A stretch of 63,691 bases of DNA, filler included, from Phoronis australis (GCA_002633005.1; 5 parts of 5 records of this genome joined end to end with filler, not necessarily neighbours in it), one strand, 5' to 3'; positions 15,077 through 28,567 are shown, numbered from the whole stretch's first letter. The notes: generated by a model from the sequence alone, not told the origin. Numbers and translations: made by a program.

Positions 15077-15194
15077 GCAATCCAATCCATCCGGGAACAG
15101 TCTGCCTTCAGTTTTGTGAACTCATCATTTTTGAGCTCATTGGTAACTGTTCTCAGTACCTTGCTATGAAGTTTTCTTGCCTCAAGCGTTGTTT
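15077..15194 (-). CDS. Death effector domain (DED), N-terminal half; exon of the ANK-ZU5-DED gene
   Basis: ttattAG acceptor, GTAAGT donor, 118 nt (phase 1 to 2); TTLEARKLHSKVLRTVTNELKNDEFTKLKADCSRMDWI resembles DED helices 1-2 (L..I..EL...EL..LKFLC); absent from the ORF track. Confidence 0.78.
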
Positions 15195-15885
15195 CTAATA
15201 ACAACGGAATATAAGGAATAAGAGCATTTGACAACATATCATGCTAAGTGGTCCTATACCTTAGTTGCAACAACTTCCATTTCCCCTGGCATCGGCAACA
15301 TTTTCTGCACCCCCCCCCAGTTCCACCTAGGCACCATTTTTGGCACCATTTCTTGACTGCTTGACGGATAATCCGTAGTGATGCTCATCACCCAGTGATA
15401 GGATATTGAGCGCTCTCTGCTCAGTACTCTAGCATATCCCTTAAAGGAAGCAGCATAAAAAGTGACTTGTGGGTGGAACTGGAATAATGAATAATCGTAT
15501 TGAATATTCACCATCTCCATTCCGTAAAGGAAGATTGCTAGCCGTTAGGGCAAGCTTTGGCTTTGGTACGTAGCACCATGTTGAGTTCCGTAGACAGGCA
15601 TGTAAATTTAATTCCAGTGGGGATGAAGAACTCAATGTTTAACAGAAACCTTGACCTCAATCCCGTTCGCCGTCAAATCACTTCAGTAAACGACCAATTC
15701 GCTGCTGCAGACTAGTACGTAAGCTTTCGAGCATACCTGTTCAATGTATATATACGTTCAAAATGCTCGCTATTCACCCGCGTGACTTTGCGAAGTCATG
15801 TGTGAAAATTGATCTACACAACGCTTTACCGTTATACAAAATGAAGGCAAATCAAGTTCACCGTATGCAAACTTCCAATCCTTAC

Positions 15886-15940
15886 CATCCACATCCTGTT
15901 TTTGACGTGTAGGAGGCTTCGTTACCCCGACCGTATATCC
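15886..15940 (-). CDS. Short linker exon of the ANK-ZU5-DED gene
   Basis: ttggttttAG acceptor, GTAAG donor, 55 nt (phase 0 to 1) exactly bridging the ZU5 and DED exons; GYTVGVTKPPTRQKQDVD. Confidence 0.7.
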
Positions 15941-16157
15941 CTAAAACCAAGCAAAATTGCCTCGAGTAATAATTTCAAATCACAATGTCTTACATAAAAA
16001 ACAGCATCATAAGAACTATCGAATAGATTAAGGTAGTTTTCCTGAACTTTTGTTTTTGATAATTATTATTACATGGCTAAATGTTTATTTCCCTTTACCT
16101 AGAGACCTCGTGGACTTCGAGAATGACATATCTATAGTACATCTATATCTACATCCG

Positions 16158-16223
16158 TATGTATATGCTTGTATGTATGTATGTATGTATGTATGTATGT
16201 GCATGTATATATGTGTGTGTGTG
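16158..16223. repeat. (TATG)n/(TG)n microsatellite, probably the tail of the adjacent LINE remnant
   Basis: Read directly: gtatgtatgtatgtatg...gtgtgtgtg. Confidence 0.85.
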
Positions 16224-16259
16224 TTTTATTTAAGGCCTACCATAAATGAGTCGGTTTCT

Positions 16260-16720
16260 AAGTTCAAAAGCAAAGTTGATATATTTGGCAAATTGTCTAG
16301 GGAAATACTGAAACAGAAGTTTTAACGTATCTAATATTTTGAAATCTGCAAAGTGAAACATTATTATATAAAATAGACCTCCGTGAGTTATAAAGGGAAA
16401 ACTCCACAGAACCGTAATCACGACACAAGCAAAGTTTTTCCCTTACAGGAGTGTTTACATAATAACCAGTTTCCAAGTGCAATAGGAGATTTCCTGCTCT
16501 AAGCTGAGCCAGAAGAAATTGCTCGGAACGAGATAAATTAATCTTTACATACTGCTCAGTTAAAAGTCGTGCTTAAATGAAATGTAGGTCCATAACTTGG
16601 GTTTTGTTAAAACAGACTCTGCCCAAGCATGTTTTGAGTATTCAGATTGTTTGTTTTTAGCATATCCTGTGTTTCAAGTTGTCAAACTTTGAAAACAGGA
16701 TTGCATGCCAGCAATGTTAA
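16260..16720 (-). mobile_element. Decayed 3' end of a non-LTR retrotransposon ORF2 (RTEX-like)
   Basis: Broken frames give KPKLWTYISFK...LLAQLRAGNLLLHLETGYYVNTPVREKLCLC..GSVE, resembling the C-terminal LETGRY/zinc-knuckle region. Confidence 0.65.
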
Positions 16721-18231
16721 CCAAATTTTTGTGTATGTCAACATTTGGGAATTTCTAAAACTCCTCGCCCCACAATCTCCTCGATCCGCAACCCCTTCAA
16801 CCCAAGAGCCGTGGCAATAGCTTTGACCTTTTTGATATATATTTCACAATCATATTACGCCGCTGAAAGACTTTCCATAACACGTGACTACACGTGAATC
16901 TGCTTTGGATCAAATTTGGTGTTTAACAACAAAAATTGGCGCAAAAGCATGATCTGAAGGACCGATGTGTGAGAGCGCTATCGTTGTCACGTAAATAGTT
17001 CCACCAGCGGCTAACAATCGGGTCTTGTTCTACTAATCATACTTTAGCTAAAGAGTTCGTTAACATAAATTCGCATAATTTCACATGTTATTATTTGTTT
17101 TTTGTTGTATACCCGTTTACAATATGGTCCATGCAAGCTTGAGATATTTAACCGTTTCTTTTTTTAAACTGTATTTATCAAAGAACGTATAGACTCCTCT
17201 GTTACTGGCCTTCTCCCTAATAAGCTTCAACTTACTAGTCACTGAAAAGCAGACGAGACGATTATACTTTGCCGGGAATGACACTTGTAACGTTGGAAGG
17301 TCTTTGGTATGATTTGATCGCGTTGATTTTTTTCTTTCTTTAGCTTTCAAAATTGCCAAATTTACTCTCTTAACTGTAAACAAACAGGAAAAAGGTAGCC
17401 GAGCTCATGTTCCAACTCGTTGGTCCTGAAAATCAGCGTTCGAGTTTGTGTAGACTGAGTCGAGGGGAATGTGGGCCGTGGATGGAAGGGCTTGTGGGTC
17501 GTGAGTCGAGTGGGTCGTAAGGTTTTGGGGTCGAAGGATTTTAGAAAAGTACCAAAATTTAGTGTTATAGCATAAATTTAATGCTGGCAAATCTCTGGAA
17601 CCATTTGGCAGAATCTCAGGAACTTTGCGTTAATTCTTATGTTAGCCAGGGCGCCGAAAATTTTGACGCTTACGAGGCCATTCAAGTTCAGGATCACGCG
17701 GCAATTTTCCCCAAAAGCGCGAGCTTTATCAACAATGTAATCAAACCAGAGGCAAATTGGGCAGGTTTTATGAAATATTACCATACATATATTTGGTCCC
17801 AATGACCATTTTGTGTTGCCTTCTCAACCCTCATAAATGGACAATTAACTCGTGAAGTTGTCGGTCATCACTGGCATAATTTACTTGTGACCGACATCAC
17901 ACACAATTCTGAGGTGTCGGGAGATCTCTGGCTCGATTCTTACCGGTATCTTAACCTGGCACTTTCAAAGCAACTCTAAGTACTCATGTGACCGCATTTT
18001 CTACATTAAACAAGGGTCAGTGTGTGCAGATTATATAGGAAACATCCATACTTCGCCCAAATGATCACTTTGACTTGCACTCAAAACAAAACAAGGGAAA
18101 AGGTTCGACAACTACACTGTACCATATCCGGACACACAGATTCAGGGTCATATAGATGTAGAACCCTGTCTGTTGCACACACAAATTTGCAAGGTCAAAA
18201 TAGCACTCAAACAATTCGAAAAACTACTTAC

Positions 18232-19073
18232 ATGAACCTCTACGGGCCGATCTAGCAAAGTTTCCTGGTTGGTTAACTCCTTCACCTTCATACCAACATT
18301 ACCAGATACAAGTGGTTTAACATCTGGTACAACATCTCCAAAAACGTCACCTGTACTTTCGCAACAAACCCTGTCAAGTTTAAACCCTCTAGAATGAACA
18401 TGTTTTTCTCCATTGCTGATTGAGCACCTGCACTTAAGTTCAAAGTTGAGAAGGGCTTTATCTCTCAAACACTTCATACTGCTTATGCATTTGTGTTCAA
18501 GGTCACCAGAACACTTCACCTGTTTTCCATGACAAAATACCTTTACTGTCAACCCTTCATCTTGTCCACTTTTAATTTCTGGGCACAGCTTGCATGTGTA
18601 TGATGTCAGGATTGAATCTTCGAAAATTTTGAGGTTGTTTGTGGCTGCCCATGCAGTGTGATAGTTGGAAGGTTTTTTTACCGAGAAGAATATGTCCAAC
18701 CCATGTAGTCTGACATTACATTCTTTAGTAACATCTGTTAATTTACCACATTCTTCATTGAATATAACAAATCTTTGGCTGGGTAGTCCTTGACCACCTG
18801 CATCTTCCAGCATTGTTTTAACAGTCACTCGCACTTCGACCGGCTTTGAGAATGTTGAACTTTCCGTGCAAACCAAGCAAATTCTCTGACCATGGAGTAT
18901 AGCTTGGCCTTGTGAATTGCCAAGCACTTCTCGCACTAGTGACGGTTGATCTACTATATAAACTTCTATTGATTGAAGTATTGTATTTGGCGGAACTGTA
19001 AGTTCAACCTCTTTGCATCGAATAACCCCACCGACTTTTCCATCAATGATTGCTGCAGTAATAGAAGAGACAG
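18232..19073 (-). CDS. Large exon encoding a ZU5 domain plus a probable UPA-like beta domain
   Basis: Longest non-gap ORF (310 aa); tttttgatAG acceptor and CAT|GTAAGT donor; IDGKVGGVIRCKEVELTVPPNTI...STFSKPVEVRV matches the ZU5 GG.L...V.L.IPP and F.KPV.L motifs. Confidence 0.75.
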
Positions 19074-22000
19074 CTATCAAAAATAATTATTAAGTATCGA
19101 AATAATGATCAAATAAAATACCGTAATGTTAGTGTCGATAGGTAGTACTGATTCATGATCACTGCAATGTTCAAATAAGACTTATGCACATATTGCATTC
19201 AGCAATTTTTCTTCGGGCTTATCAACGGCAGTCGTTGGATTGGAAAAAAATATAATGGCACTCTACGTACTACGTCGGCGCGTAGTAAAATTATAAGACA
19301 TATTTATCGAAAATGTGGCACAGGTTGTTGTTGGACCGCACGTCCTCCGAAATAGTATATCAAGCATACGATTTAGTGAATAGTTTACAAATGGACATCG
19401 GTGAGTTCAGTCATTCGAATTACTGTACAAATACGCACCATTATCCCTTTCGGACCGATAGTTCCACTGAACACCGGCAACCTCATTTTCAGTGCTCGGA
19501 CTAGGTACTTTTGGAGCTGAAATCGATTAGTGTCGTCAGGTTACCTTTGTTACGTTTGTTCACAAAATAGGGTAGCAAAACTTATGAGGTTACATGTCCA
19601 AAGTTGACCAAAACATCCAAAGTAATCGTCGTGGGACTGAACTCTGTCGTAGAAGGCTGTGCTTAAGGTAGCACTTGGGTAAAAATTAGGAGCTTTATAG
19701 CTGCAAAATTTTATTGCAAAAACTAGGTTCGTACGAAAACCACGTATATTTTTTTCAAGTGATTCCTTAGTAAGGTCAAATGGCTACAAAATCCAGAATA
19801 GCCTTCAAAACTGTGACATTCTGAGCCAGTAATTGTCACAATTTACCCAGATTGCTGCAAGAATGTAAGTTTTGTATTGTATTTGTTTAATATTTTGGCT
19901 ACGAAGGTGGAAACTTTTACCAGAACACAGTATCAAAACACACAAACTAAAGCTCAACAATAACAATAGTAATAGTCAGCAATTCCGGAAGTACATGATT
20001 GCAATGTTATCATTATGAACTAATATCCCATTTTGCAACATGGTAAATGTACACGATGAAGACAGGATTTGTGATCTTGTCTAGGCTTGATTAACAGAAA
20101 AGCCTCGCAATAGAGCGCGTACAATGTATGGCTAACTGTTGAAGCACTCCTAATATAGCGTAGGTTTGACGCTTGGGTATTGAAGAGCTGCTTTTGAATA
20201 GAAAAGTCTTGCACATTTGCGTTGCATCTGATTCCAAATAGAGGGTGACCAGACTTTCCTACCCACACAAAATGCTTTTCTAGTGGAGGCTGTTCTTGTT
20301 TTACGGACGTATACTATACGGTTTTTCCAATGTTTTTTTTTTCGTCAAAGAGAATGGTGAGCAATAGCAAGGTTAGTCAGTGTAAGACTGATACATGTCC
20401 ACGGGAGGCAAAGGGTTTGGGCAGGCCCGTACTGCGCGTGGGGAGGGTAGAAATCGGGGTAAAGTTTCCATTTATTAGCTGGGTCTGGCACCGGATGCCT
20501 GATGATTGCTGTATTATATTAAAAAACTGAATGATTTATGAAGTCCATGGACGATTAATCAGATGTGCCCAAATGTCATTCATTGTCGTTTCCGCGTTTT
20601 GGGAAAAAGAACATATGGCCCATTATTTACCTTTTTCTGTAGCTGTCAGTCGTGTTTCAGGATGTTCCGAAAGTTAACGGCTAAGATAGTGAACTGTCCG
20701 TTAAGAAATCAACTGAAACTAATAGTTCATTGGTTGTGCAGCGATAAAGCTCGGACAATTTCACTGTGTGCTCCAGCATTTAATTCATTAAGACCTAAAC
20801 GCGTGCCAAAAAGAAGGCTTGGTTTATGCCAGAAGCACTGGCAAAGGTACGCCCTTCTATAAAATTCTGCTTTCAAAAATGCAGTTCAACTGGCCTGGCT
20901 ACATGTATATTTAAAAAAGACATAAATACAGCGACACAACTTAAAATAAATTACAAAAAAACTAAGTCCAGTTTGACACCGTTCATGTATATAATTAGGA
21001 ACGTGGGACTTTATTGATGACTCAGATTAAACGTTCTGGGCAAGAATGATCCAAAATTTCAGTACATACATGTAAGTCCGTGAAAATGTTTCCTTTACTA
21101 TTGGCTAACTGGCGTGCAGCCGTTAGTGAGCAGAACCATCAAAAAGTGTCATGAAGTTTAGTTTTCGGAGTAAGGTAAAAAGGTGAAAGGTTTAGCCCAA
21201 GAATATCCTCTTTCGTTAGTTGCTGTTATTGTGTTGATAAGATGCTTGTAGAATTAAGATTCTAAACCAACGATTCAGAGAGGATGATGGCTTGGAGCGG
21301 TGTTCCTCACATTTGCATGTTGACATGTTGTTTGAAAAGTATCGATGTACATGTGCATGTTCATGTACACGTATCTATCTATGTATGTAATAATTACTTC
21401 CTATTTATTACCTCAGAATTGCGGCTGCTACAACGAATGTTTTGATATACCTGTGTGAACACATGTATATAATTGCAAGTGTATCGTTGCTGTAAAACGA
21501 ATATCTTTCTATCTTTACCGTTGCACGGTGCACCGGTTAGCTGTCTGAAAATGTCACGGGTAGGCAGCCAGTTAGTGGAACGAGGTCTCATGGTTCTTCA
21601 AAAGTTTGTTTTTGCATACACATCTTGAGAGTTAAATTAATGTAGGAATCTACTTTAAAACTCAAGTTGACTGCGAGATGTTACAGCAGTGCAGAGCAAA
21701 CTAACCAAAGAGCCCCAAAAACTATTACAACGCACAAAACACTGCTACCAAGGAAATAAATCCCTAACCCACAGACCGACAGGTCCTCACACCACAAACG
21801 TATAATGTTCCGTTTTGTGTTAATGGGGCGAATCCTCGAGCAATGAAAAGGGAAAAAAACAAAATCAATTTTAAACAGATAAATGAAAACCCAACTCTTG
21901 GGAAGGCGAACCCAGGTACTCGTTTTAAAATTTTCTAGAATTTATAGTAAAACTCGTCAAATTCACTATTTTTGAAATACGGGTAAACACTTTCCAAGTC

Positions 22001-22789
22001 TATTATTGCCAATGTTATGCTTACGTAAAAGATTAAAATGCACATTTTTTCACATAAGCAAAATGTGCTACGCCTATATTTTGCGATTCTAAATACAGAC
22101 ACGTGCTGATCCTTGTGGGTTAAGATATCGAAGTAGTGACGGGCTGTTGACGGATTGTGATTATGAAATTTGAAACTAAAGAAAAACTTGTTTGGCATCA
22201 ATATCGATTCAAAATCTGTATGAGAAGACATTAAAATACCATTTGAAAAGTTTGACATGTGTTTCAGTGGCAATTACCCTCTTTGTCTTTGACGTTCGAT
22301 GCCGCTTGACAGATACATATACAAAAGCTACATGTTATTCACAAATTTTCCGTTTTTAAGATGTACAAAATTCAACACGTGTCTAACAAAATGTTTAATA
22401 TTCATTCTCAGGAACTTCTAATACAAAATACATACTATGTAGCGAGAAAATCAGATTTCGCACAGCCAATTTCATCAGGCAGGAAACACGTTTACTACTT
22501 TCCGAGGTCAAAGGTTAATGTACAAGGCTGTCACTCAAATCGAATCACATGGCGCCACACATTGAGCCGTTCCGTATGCAACCCCATTCCTTTCATTCAC
22601 TGAGTCAATATCTTCTTGAGGCTACAAGGTGTAAATAGCGGGGAAAAATGCCGCGGAAAACTAAGTTAAAGCTAGTTCTTAGCCCGAGCAGTTAGGCACG
22701 CATACGACCGTGCAGAACGAATGCCCGGACGAAGTCTAAAAAATCAGTGGCTATAATGTACATGTGCGAGGATGGGGAAAGCGCACGGA

Positions 22790-23030
22790 TAGGTGTCTTT
22801 TTCAGGCATAAAAAGGGAAAGTTGTGGAGGCTTTATTAATAGCAACTTGATCGAGAACGTCTCTCTGTTCAATTTCCCTAAAGACAAGAATTGTAAGAAG
22901 AAAAGGCATCGTTTTGTGCTGTGTACGATAGTATGGAATGTCAATATCAAACACAGGATACAGTCTGGATCCACTCTTTGTTCGCCAAATCGTGCTGCTT
23001 CCAAACATAAAATCGGCGTTACGATTAAGA
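22790..23030 (+). mobile_element. Degenerate THAP zinc-finger remnant (DNA transposon relic) inside an intron
   Basis: SCGGFINSNLIENVSLFNFPKDKNCKKKRHRFV...STLCSPN parallels the THAP C..GC.N...SLF.FPKD...W..F...LCS.HF pattern, with key C/W/H residues lost. Confidence 0.55.
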
Positions 23031-23129
23031 ACTCGCCGGTTTGTGAGTTTATTTGCAAATTTTATAAATAACAAACTTTCAATACATTTTGTGGCAGGTT
23101 TTTGAAGTCTTTTGCATTGCATACAGTTC

Positions 23130-24320
23130 ATATTTTCAGGTTTTGTACATGTTGTGAAACAGAGTGTTGGATTTTTTTTCAAGCCCCAAATCAGCAAATG
23201 TAATTGAGGGACACATTTCTCTTTTTCGGACTCACCAGCAGGTGCTCGAAAAGTTCGTAGATTTCGTGAAACTTACATGTATACTGATTGAAAAGCAAAA
23301 GTTGAAATTGATTAGGAATCCATCACACACTGCAGGATGTGCTAACTTTGAGTGATCGACACCTTTTTTTCACCAGACTCTTGCATTCTGGCATAGGTAG
23401 ATTTAGGAGAAAAAAAAAACGACCTGGCAAACACAAAGCCGTCAAAGACTGAATATACTTCAGAAATGAAGGGAATGCTTGTTTTCAAAGCAAAAACAAA
23501 AAATCCAAATTTGTCCACCCCCCAACTCGGCGCTACGCGCCTCTACAATGGCGTTACAAGACAAAATGTATGACCAAATTATGATATCCTAGATTTGTCA
23601 TTGTCTGGAATGTTTCTGCAGCCTGAATGCATGGTCTATAAGTTCTTAGTCCTCGCAAGCAAATCGTGGCTTTGGACTGGAAATGTCGTAAATTTGAGAT
23701 GGAAATTTGACCTTGGGATAACTTCAATACACTTGGTGCAAGGTTTGTGAAGTCTTAAACAGTACACACCATGGATTTTTGTACATTTTGAATTACCGGT
23801 GGCCACAGACTAAATGCATGAGGTAAAATTTAGCTAAATTCATGTTTTTTTTCAATTTTGCCAATTTTCACATTTCCCGCTATGTGTCCTTCGGAATATC
23901 GAGACGTTCTCCGTCGAGCTGCTGTTGCTGCAGCCTCCGGAAACACACCTTTTCATCCCTCTAAGAACCTTCTCAACGTTAAATATACTTTGCTTTCATT
24001 TCACCCTATACACTTTTCTATAATACGAACAGTATGGTGAACGACTTGGGTTCAGCCCCTGACGTTGTACATAATTATTATTTTTTTCAAGTTTTGCGTT
24101 TCTTCATTAGCTGTGCACAATAGGCATTGAAATCAAGTAAGACATAATAATTATATTTATTTTGAGGTACTAGAGTCATGTTGTGCACACTTTAAGCCTA
24201 GCATATTGTTTACATGTTCAGGTGTTGTACACCTTGTGAAAAAGTCTAGTGGATTTGTTTAGCCCCAAATCAGCAAAATTTTCAAGTGTCTCATTACTGA
24301 TCTTCCGACTCACCACCAAA
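23130..24320. repeat. Two diverged copies of a ~110-bp segment (~23130-23240 and ~24215-24320)
   Basis: Shared TTGTACA..TTGTGAAA...GGATTT...AGCCCCAAATCAGCAAA...GACTCACCA. Confidence 0.6.
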
Positions 24321-26184
24321 CGGTCTTAATCGTTGGCGGGATGAACCCTCTTTCGCTCCTTCAGTCGCATGCGGACGATCTTCACCGACACCACCTCTTT
24401 GAATCCGTTTTTTTGCTTGAACTTTTTGCCACATGTGTCTCTGGTAATTACAGTGAAATAGACGAGCATCGTAAATACCCATTCGGAACAAGTTTATAAG
24501 AACTAAGCCTTTACAGTAAGCGCTCATCGATCAAATGTCTCAAACCAATCCATAATTATAACGTAGTACAACCGAATAATTGCAAATATTGAGTGTTTAC
24601 TGCCTCAAGGCACTGAAACGTCTTGTCGGGTGTTGGAGCAAACCATTTGATCAAAATAAATTTGCGGAAAATTCCACGACTCTTGAAAAATTTGCAAACC
24701 ACGGACTTCTGGACACATACATCACATTGAAGGTTATTGCAGTAGAACTGTAGATGTCAACTAAATATAGAGTAACATGTTGATATATAGTATTTGAGCC
24801 ATTCGTTGGTAATTAATCGCAAAGAACAACAAGAGTGACTGCACCAGAAAGTCAGGAAAAAGTGGTAACTTGGCATATCACACATTTTTGTTACATAGAT
24901 TAGCCGTACACCTAGATGGAATGATTAGTAACCGACACATTTTAGTTTTAAAAAATTGTCGGTTTCTGTAAAACTGGTCCTCTTACATTTTGGTGATAAA
25001 ATCCGATAGGCGATGACGATGACTTTAGCAAAACTCATACAACTGAAGCGAAACACCTGTACAAGAAATCTACTTCGCAGTCAGGATACGCAAAACATTG
25101 ATGTTAATTTCGTTGCAAGTCTTTCATTTCAGAAGGCTCTAACATTCGTTCTTGAAGCGTTTTCGAGAATATAATAGGCTACAATCAAGGACAAATGTGT
25201 ACAGAGCGCGCTAAATTTCAAAGATTTAATAGGCACCGCATCCACTTGGGGTATCATTTAACGTAGATTTTCCCCTGGATCGCACTCTGTACAGCCCACG
25301 ACCACGGACCACAATGCATATCCTTGGGATGTTGTCAGGTTAGATCAAGATAATGATTTATGCGACGGCTGTTGGTTTTAGCGGCAGGCGTCGGTCGTAT
25401 TCTTGAGTGATAAATGGTATAGAAAATACGAAACTTAGAAGAGTGGTTGATATGAATAGTAAAATGTCCAAGGCAGGCAGTCAGTGACTCATGAAAAATC
25501 TTACAAAATATCTTTACACAATAATGAAAAACGACGATCAAGTCGTTGCTATTATGCCGCTAAGTGCGCTGTACACTATGAACTGGAAATTTGGACGTTT
25601 TCAGTAGATCTACACAAAAAATGAAATATTGTGTAACTACAGCCATTATGTCACGTCATATCATGCGGAATAACTAGAGTGAAGTAAATACAAACGGAAC
25701 TGATGGAAACGGCGTTGTTTGATTTATCTTGGCGTGTGCCGTAGATTCGATACTCTGAAGTACATGTAAAATCCTAGCGGAAAACAATACTGCGTCAGAT
25801 CTAAGTTATTTGAAGTAAATGTCTTATATGATAGTGTTCTTAATTTTCATTTAAGCCAGCTTAACTAGAAGAAATGCAACGTTAATATTATGCAATATCT
25901 GTTGTTTGTTCCCTTGCAGCGACTGCAGTAATGAACGTCATGTGACTACCGTGTGAGCAAAAGTTGGACTTCACATTCTGCTACTTATACAACGCCTATG
26001 TCATATTTTGGAGTGACACACCTCAATACAAGTGAGTCAATTGTTGCTTTTGCAGGTTTTATTAATGACAACGCTAATGAGATTCCTTCAGATTGCTGAT
26101 ACTGACACAACGGTTATGAAATAAGTCATAAAAAACAGCGACCTGGATTTCACAAGGATTGACTGTTTTATCACCACTTCATAC

Positions 26185-26241
26185 CATAAGAACTGTCTTG
26201 ATTTCCTCTTCGCCACAGACATCGTAAGCTGTTTGCCCTGC
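26185..26241 (-). CDS. Candidate exon encoding the end of an ankyrin-repeat region
   Basis: cttttgcAG acceptor, ATG|GTATGA donor, 57 nt (phase 0-0); AGQTAYDVCGEEEIKTVLM fits the terminal ankyrin G.T(A/P).D.....I..LL pattern; the phase 0-to-1 exon linking it to 19073 was not found. Confidence 0.5.
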
Positions 26242-28567
26242 CTGCAAAAGAGGATTTACTAACTTTCAAGTCCATCCTGAAGAGTAACACAAGTTTTCAA
26301 ATTTAATTCTTACCAAAAAATGCATTGCACAGTAGCAAGCACGCGAACTGTACCACTATAAACTGGACACTTAATACATGTATATCACCCCATGAGTTTA
26401 ACCTTCTAAACATGAAAGACGACGATTACACAAATCTGGAGAATGAAATGGTAACTTCACTTAAGTTACTGACTTCTTTTAGCTGTATTTAGGCATTTAC
26501 ATTGTGACCTGACTACTACATAAGTGAATAATAGACAACAAACAAAAATGATAGCATATATGATAAAATTTTTATGAGTCAAAGTGATTTGCCCTAATCT
26601 TTGTGAACGCATCACGTGGAGGCTAGTGTTTCTCATTGGCAGCTTACACACCAGCAGGTGTCGTTCATTTGATTTTTAAATTTTGCTTCTTGACTTCACT
26701 CAAACATTTTTCAAATATGTATCATCTGGATATGGGCCCAGCTATGCATTTATTTAAATGAAACTCTCACTTATTATTCTATACGCACTGTTCACATACA
26801 GTACGGAGGTATTTTTTAATTATTGCATTCTTGCATCAAAAGCTGTGAAATAAGACTTTTCATGATTTTCAAAGAAGTTACAAAATAAAGACAATAAAGG
26901 ATATTTTAGAACACACTAACAACACTTTTGAGAGCTCAACTTGTAGATCTATATGAAAGAAAATTTCATACCACTACTTTGGTATCAACATACCCACCAT
27001 TTTTGTTAAATCATGTGACGCACATAATGGTAGAGTAGTAAAAAGGTAAAAAATCAAATTCTGAAATGTACTTTCAGAAACATTGAAATATTAACTGTGT
27101 TAAAATCCATAGTTGTTTTTCAAAATACGCAGACTGGTCAGTTAGGGCCTCCAAAACCTAAACACACGCGTATATGGAAAGCGAAACAGGAACAGAGATA
27201 TGGGTGGTTAGTATCAAGACACTATCACCGTTAAAATAGCATTGTGTTATACAAACAGCAGGCTATTGTTCATGTCAATGGCAGGCGGACTGTGGTCTGC
27301 ACATTTTCGGGAGGGCATACACTGTACAGTGCCGTCGATGTCAACAATCAGCAACTGAAGCACCATCAGGCAAAGTGTTTTTCGATTCTTGATGAAAGCC
27401 TAAATCGGAACATTATCTGTTGGTGATCCGGTGACACCCAACCCAACATCGGCTGGCCGTCACGTGACTGATGAGCGGTTGATGCACAGCGCGGCCGATG
27501 TGTTCTGATCGTCTTCGCGTAAGAAATCTCGGACAAGCATCGGTTCGCATCTCATCACGCCTTATCTTATACAAGTATCAGATGATGCTCATCCTATATC
27601 TCGTCAACTGAATTGGGTCAACTTTTTATCGCTGTGGGAATAGGAATCAGAAATTAAACCTCTGTGTTTCAGGAATACACAATACGTATTCAGATTGCCA
27701 CTGACCTTTGTTCGACCACTAAAACATATGCTGTATGTGATTTCTTTATTTGGCACATTGTAATACACTTTACTTCTGAAGAGGAAGAATAAGCGAAACT
27801 TTTCGAGTACGTAAACAAAGTAAAGTGTCACCCAGTGCAGCGCAGTGTAAGCTTTTTGCATTTAGGAACCTTTGTATCCGAATTAATACTGCAAGGAACG
27901 TGTCCACCTAAACGTTTTATATATGCAAAATGTACATTGTACGGATGCATTAGGCTTCTCTTATTTGCGCAGTTGGACATCTTTGTTCATGAGCATGTGT
28001 TTTGTACGCCTTTGTATATTTTTAATTCCACGTATTGGTCTAAATACGGGCAGATAGGGTAAAAATATATGGAACGCATAGACACATTGGCTTATATCAC
28101 AAATGGTCAAACTTTCTTTTAGGAAACTAAAAAAATAATTAAACTTGCTGACACCTCGACTATGCAGCATGCATCTTACACTAAATTTCCCAGCGGACGC
28201 AGACAATCTTGGACAATTAAGTATGACCAGGAAGAGATAACCAGGAAGGGACAACTAGCTAAGCCGCCGTTTTTGGCCTCCTTCCCCGGACTAATTTCAG
28301 GACTTAAATTTCGTTTAAAAGGAAACAGATGATTTTATCAGAGAGATTAAAGCTTTTTCTATAGAAGGATATCAAAAAACTCACTTTTCATCCTAAAACA
28401 ATGGTGTAATTGTACTTTGAAAATATCGACTTCAGCGCACGCAATCGCAATTTCCCACACGCAGTCACGGGTATTTAAGCTTTTCCGTCGATGTATAGAT
28501 GGCGCAGTAGTCAAGTACTCCCTCATTTGCATATCAAATTTGCATGTGGGAGTTCTGAGACTCTCGT

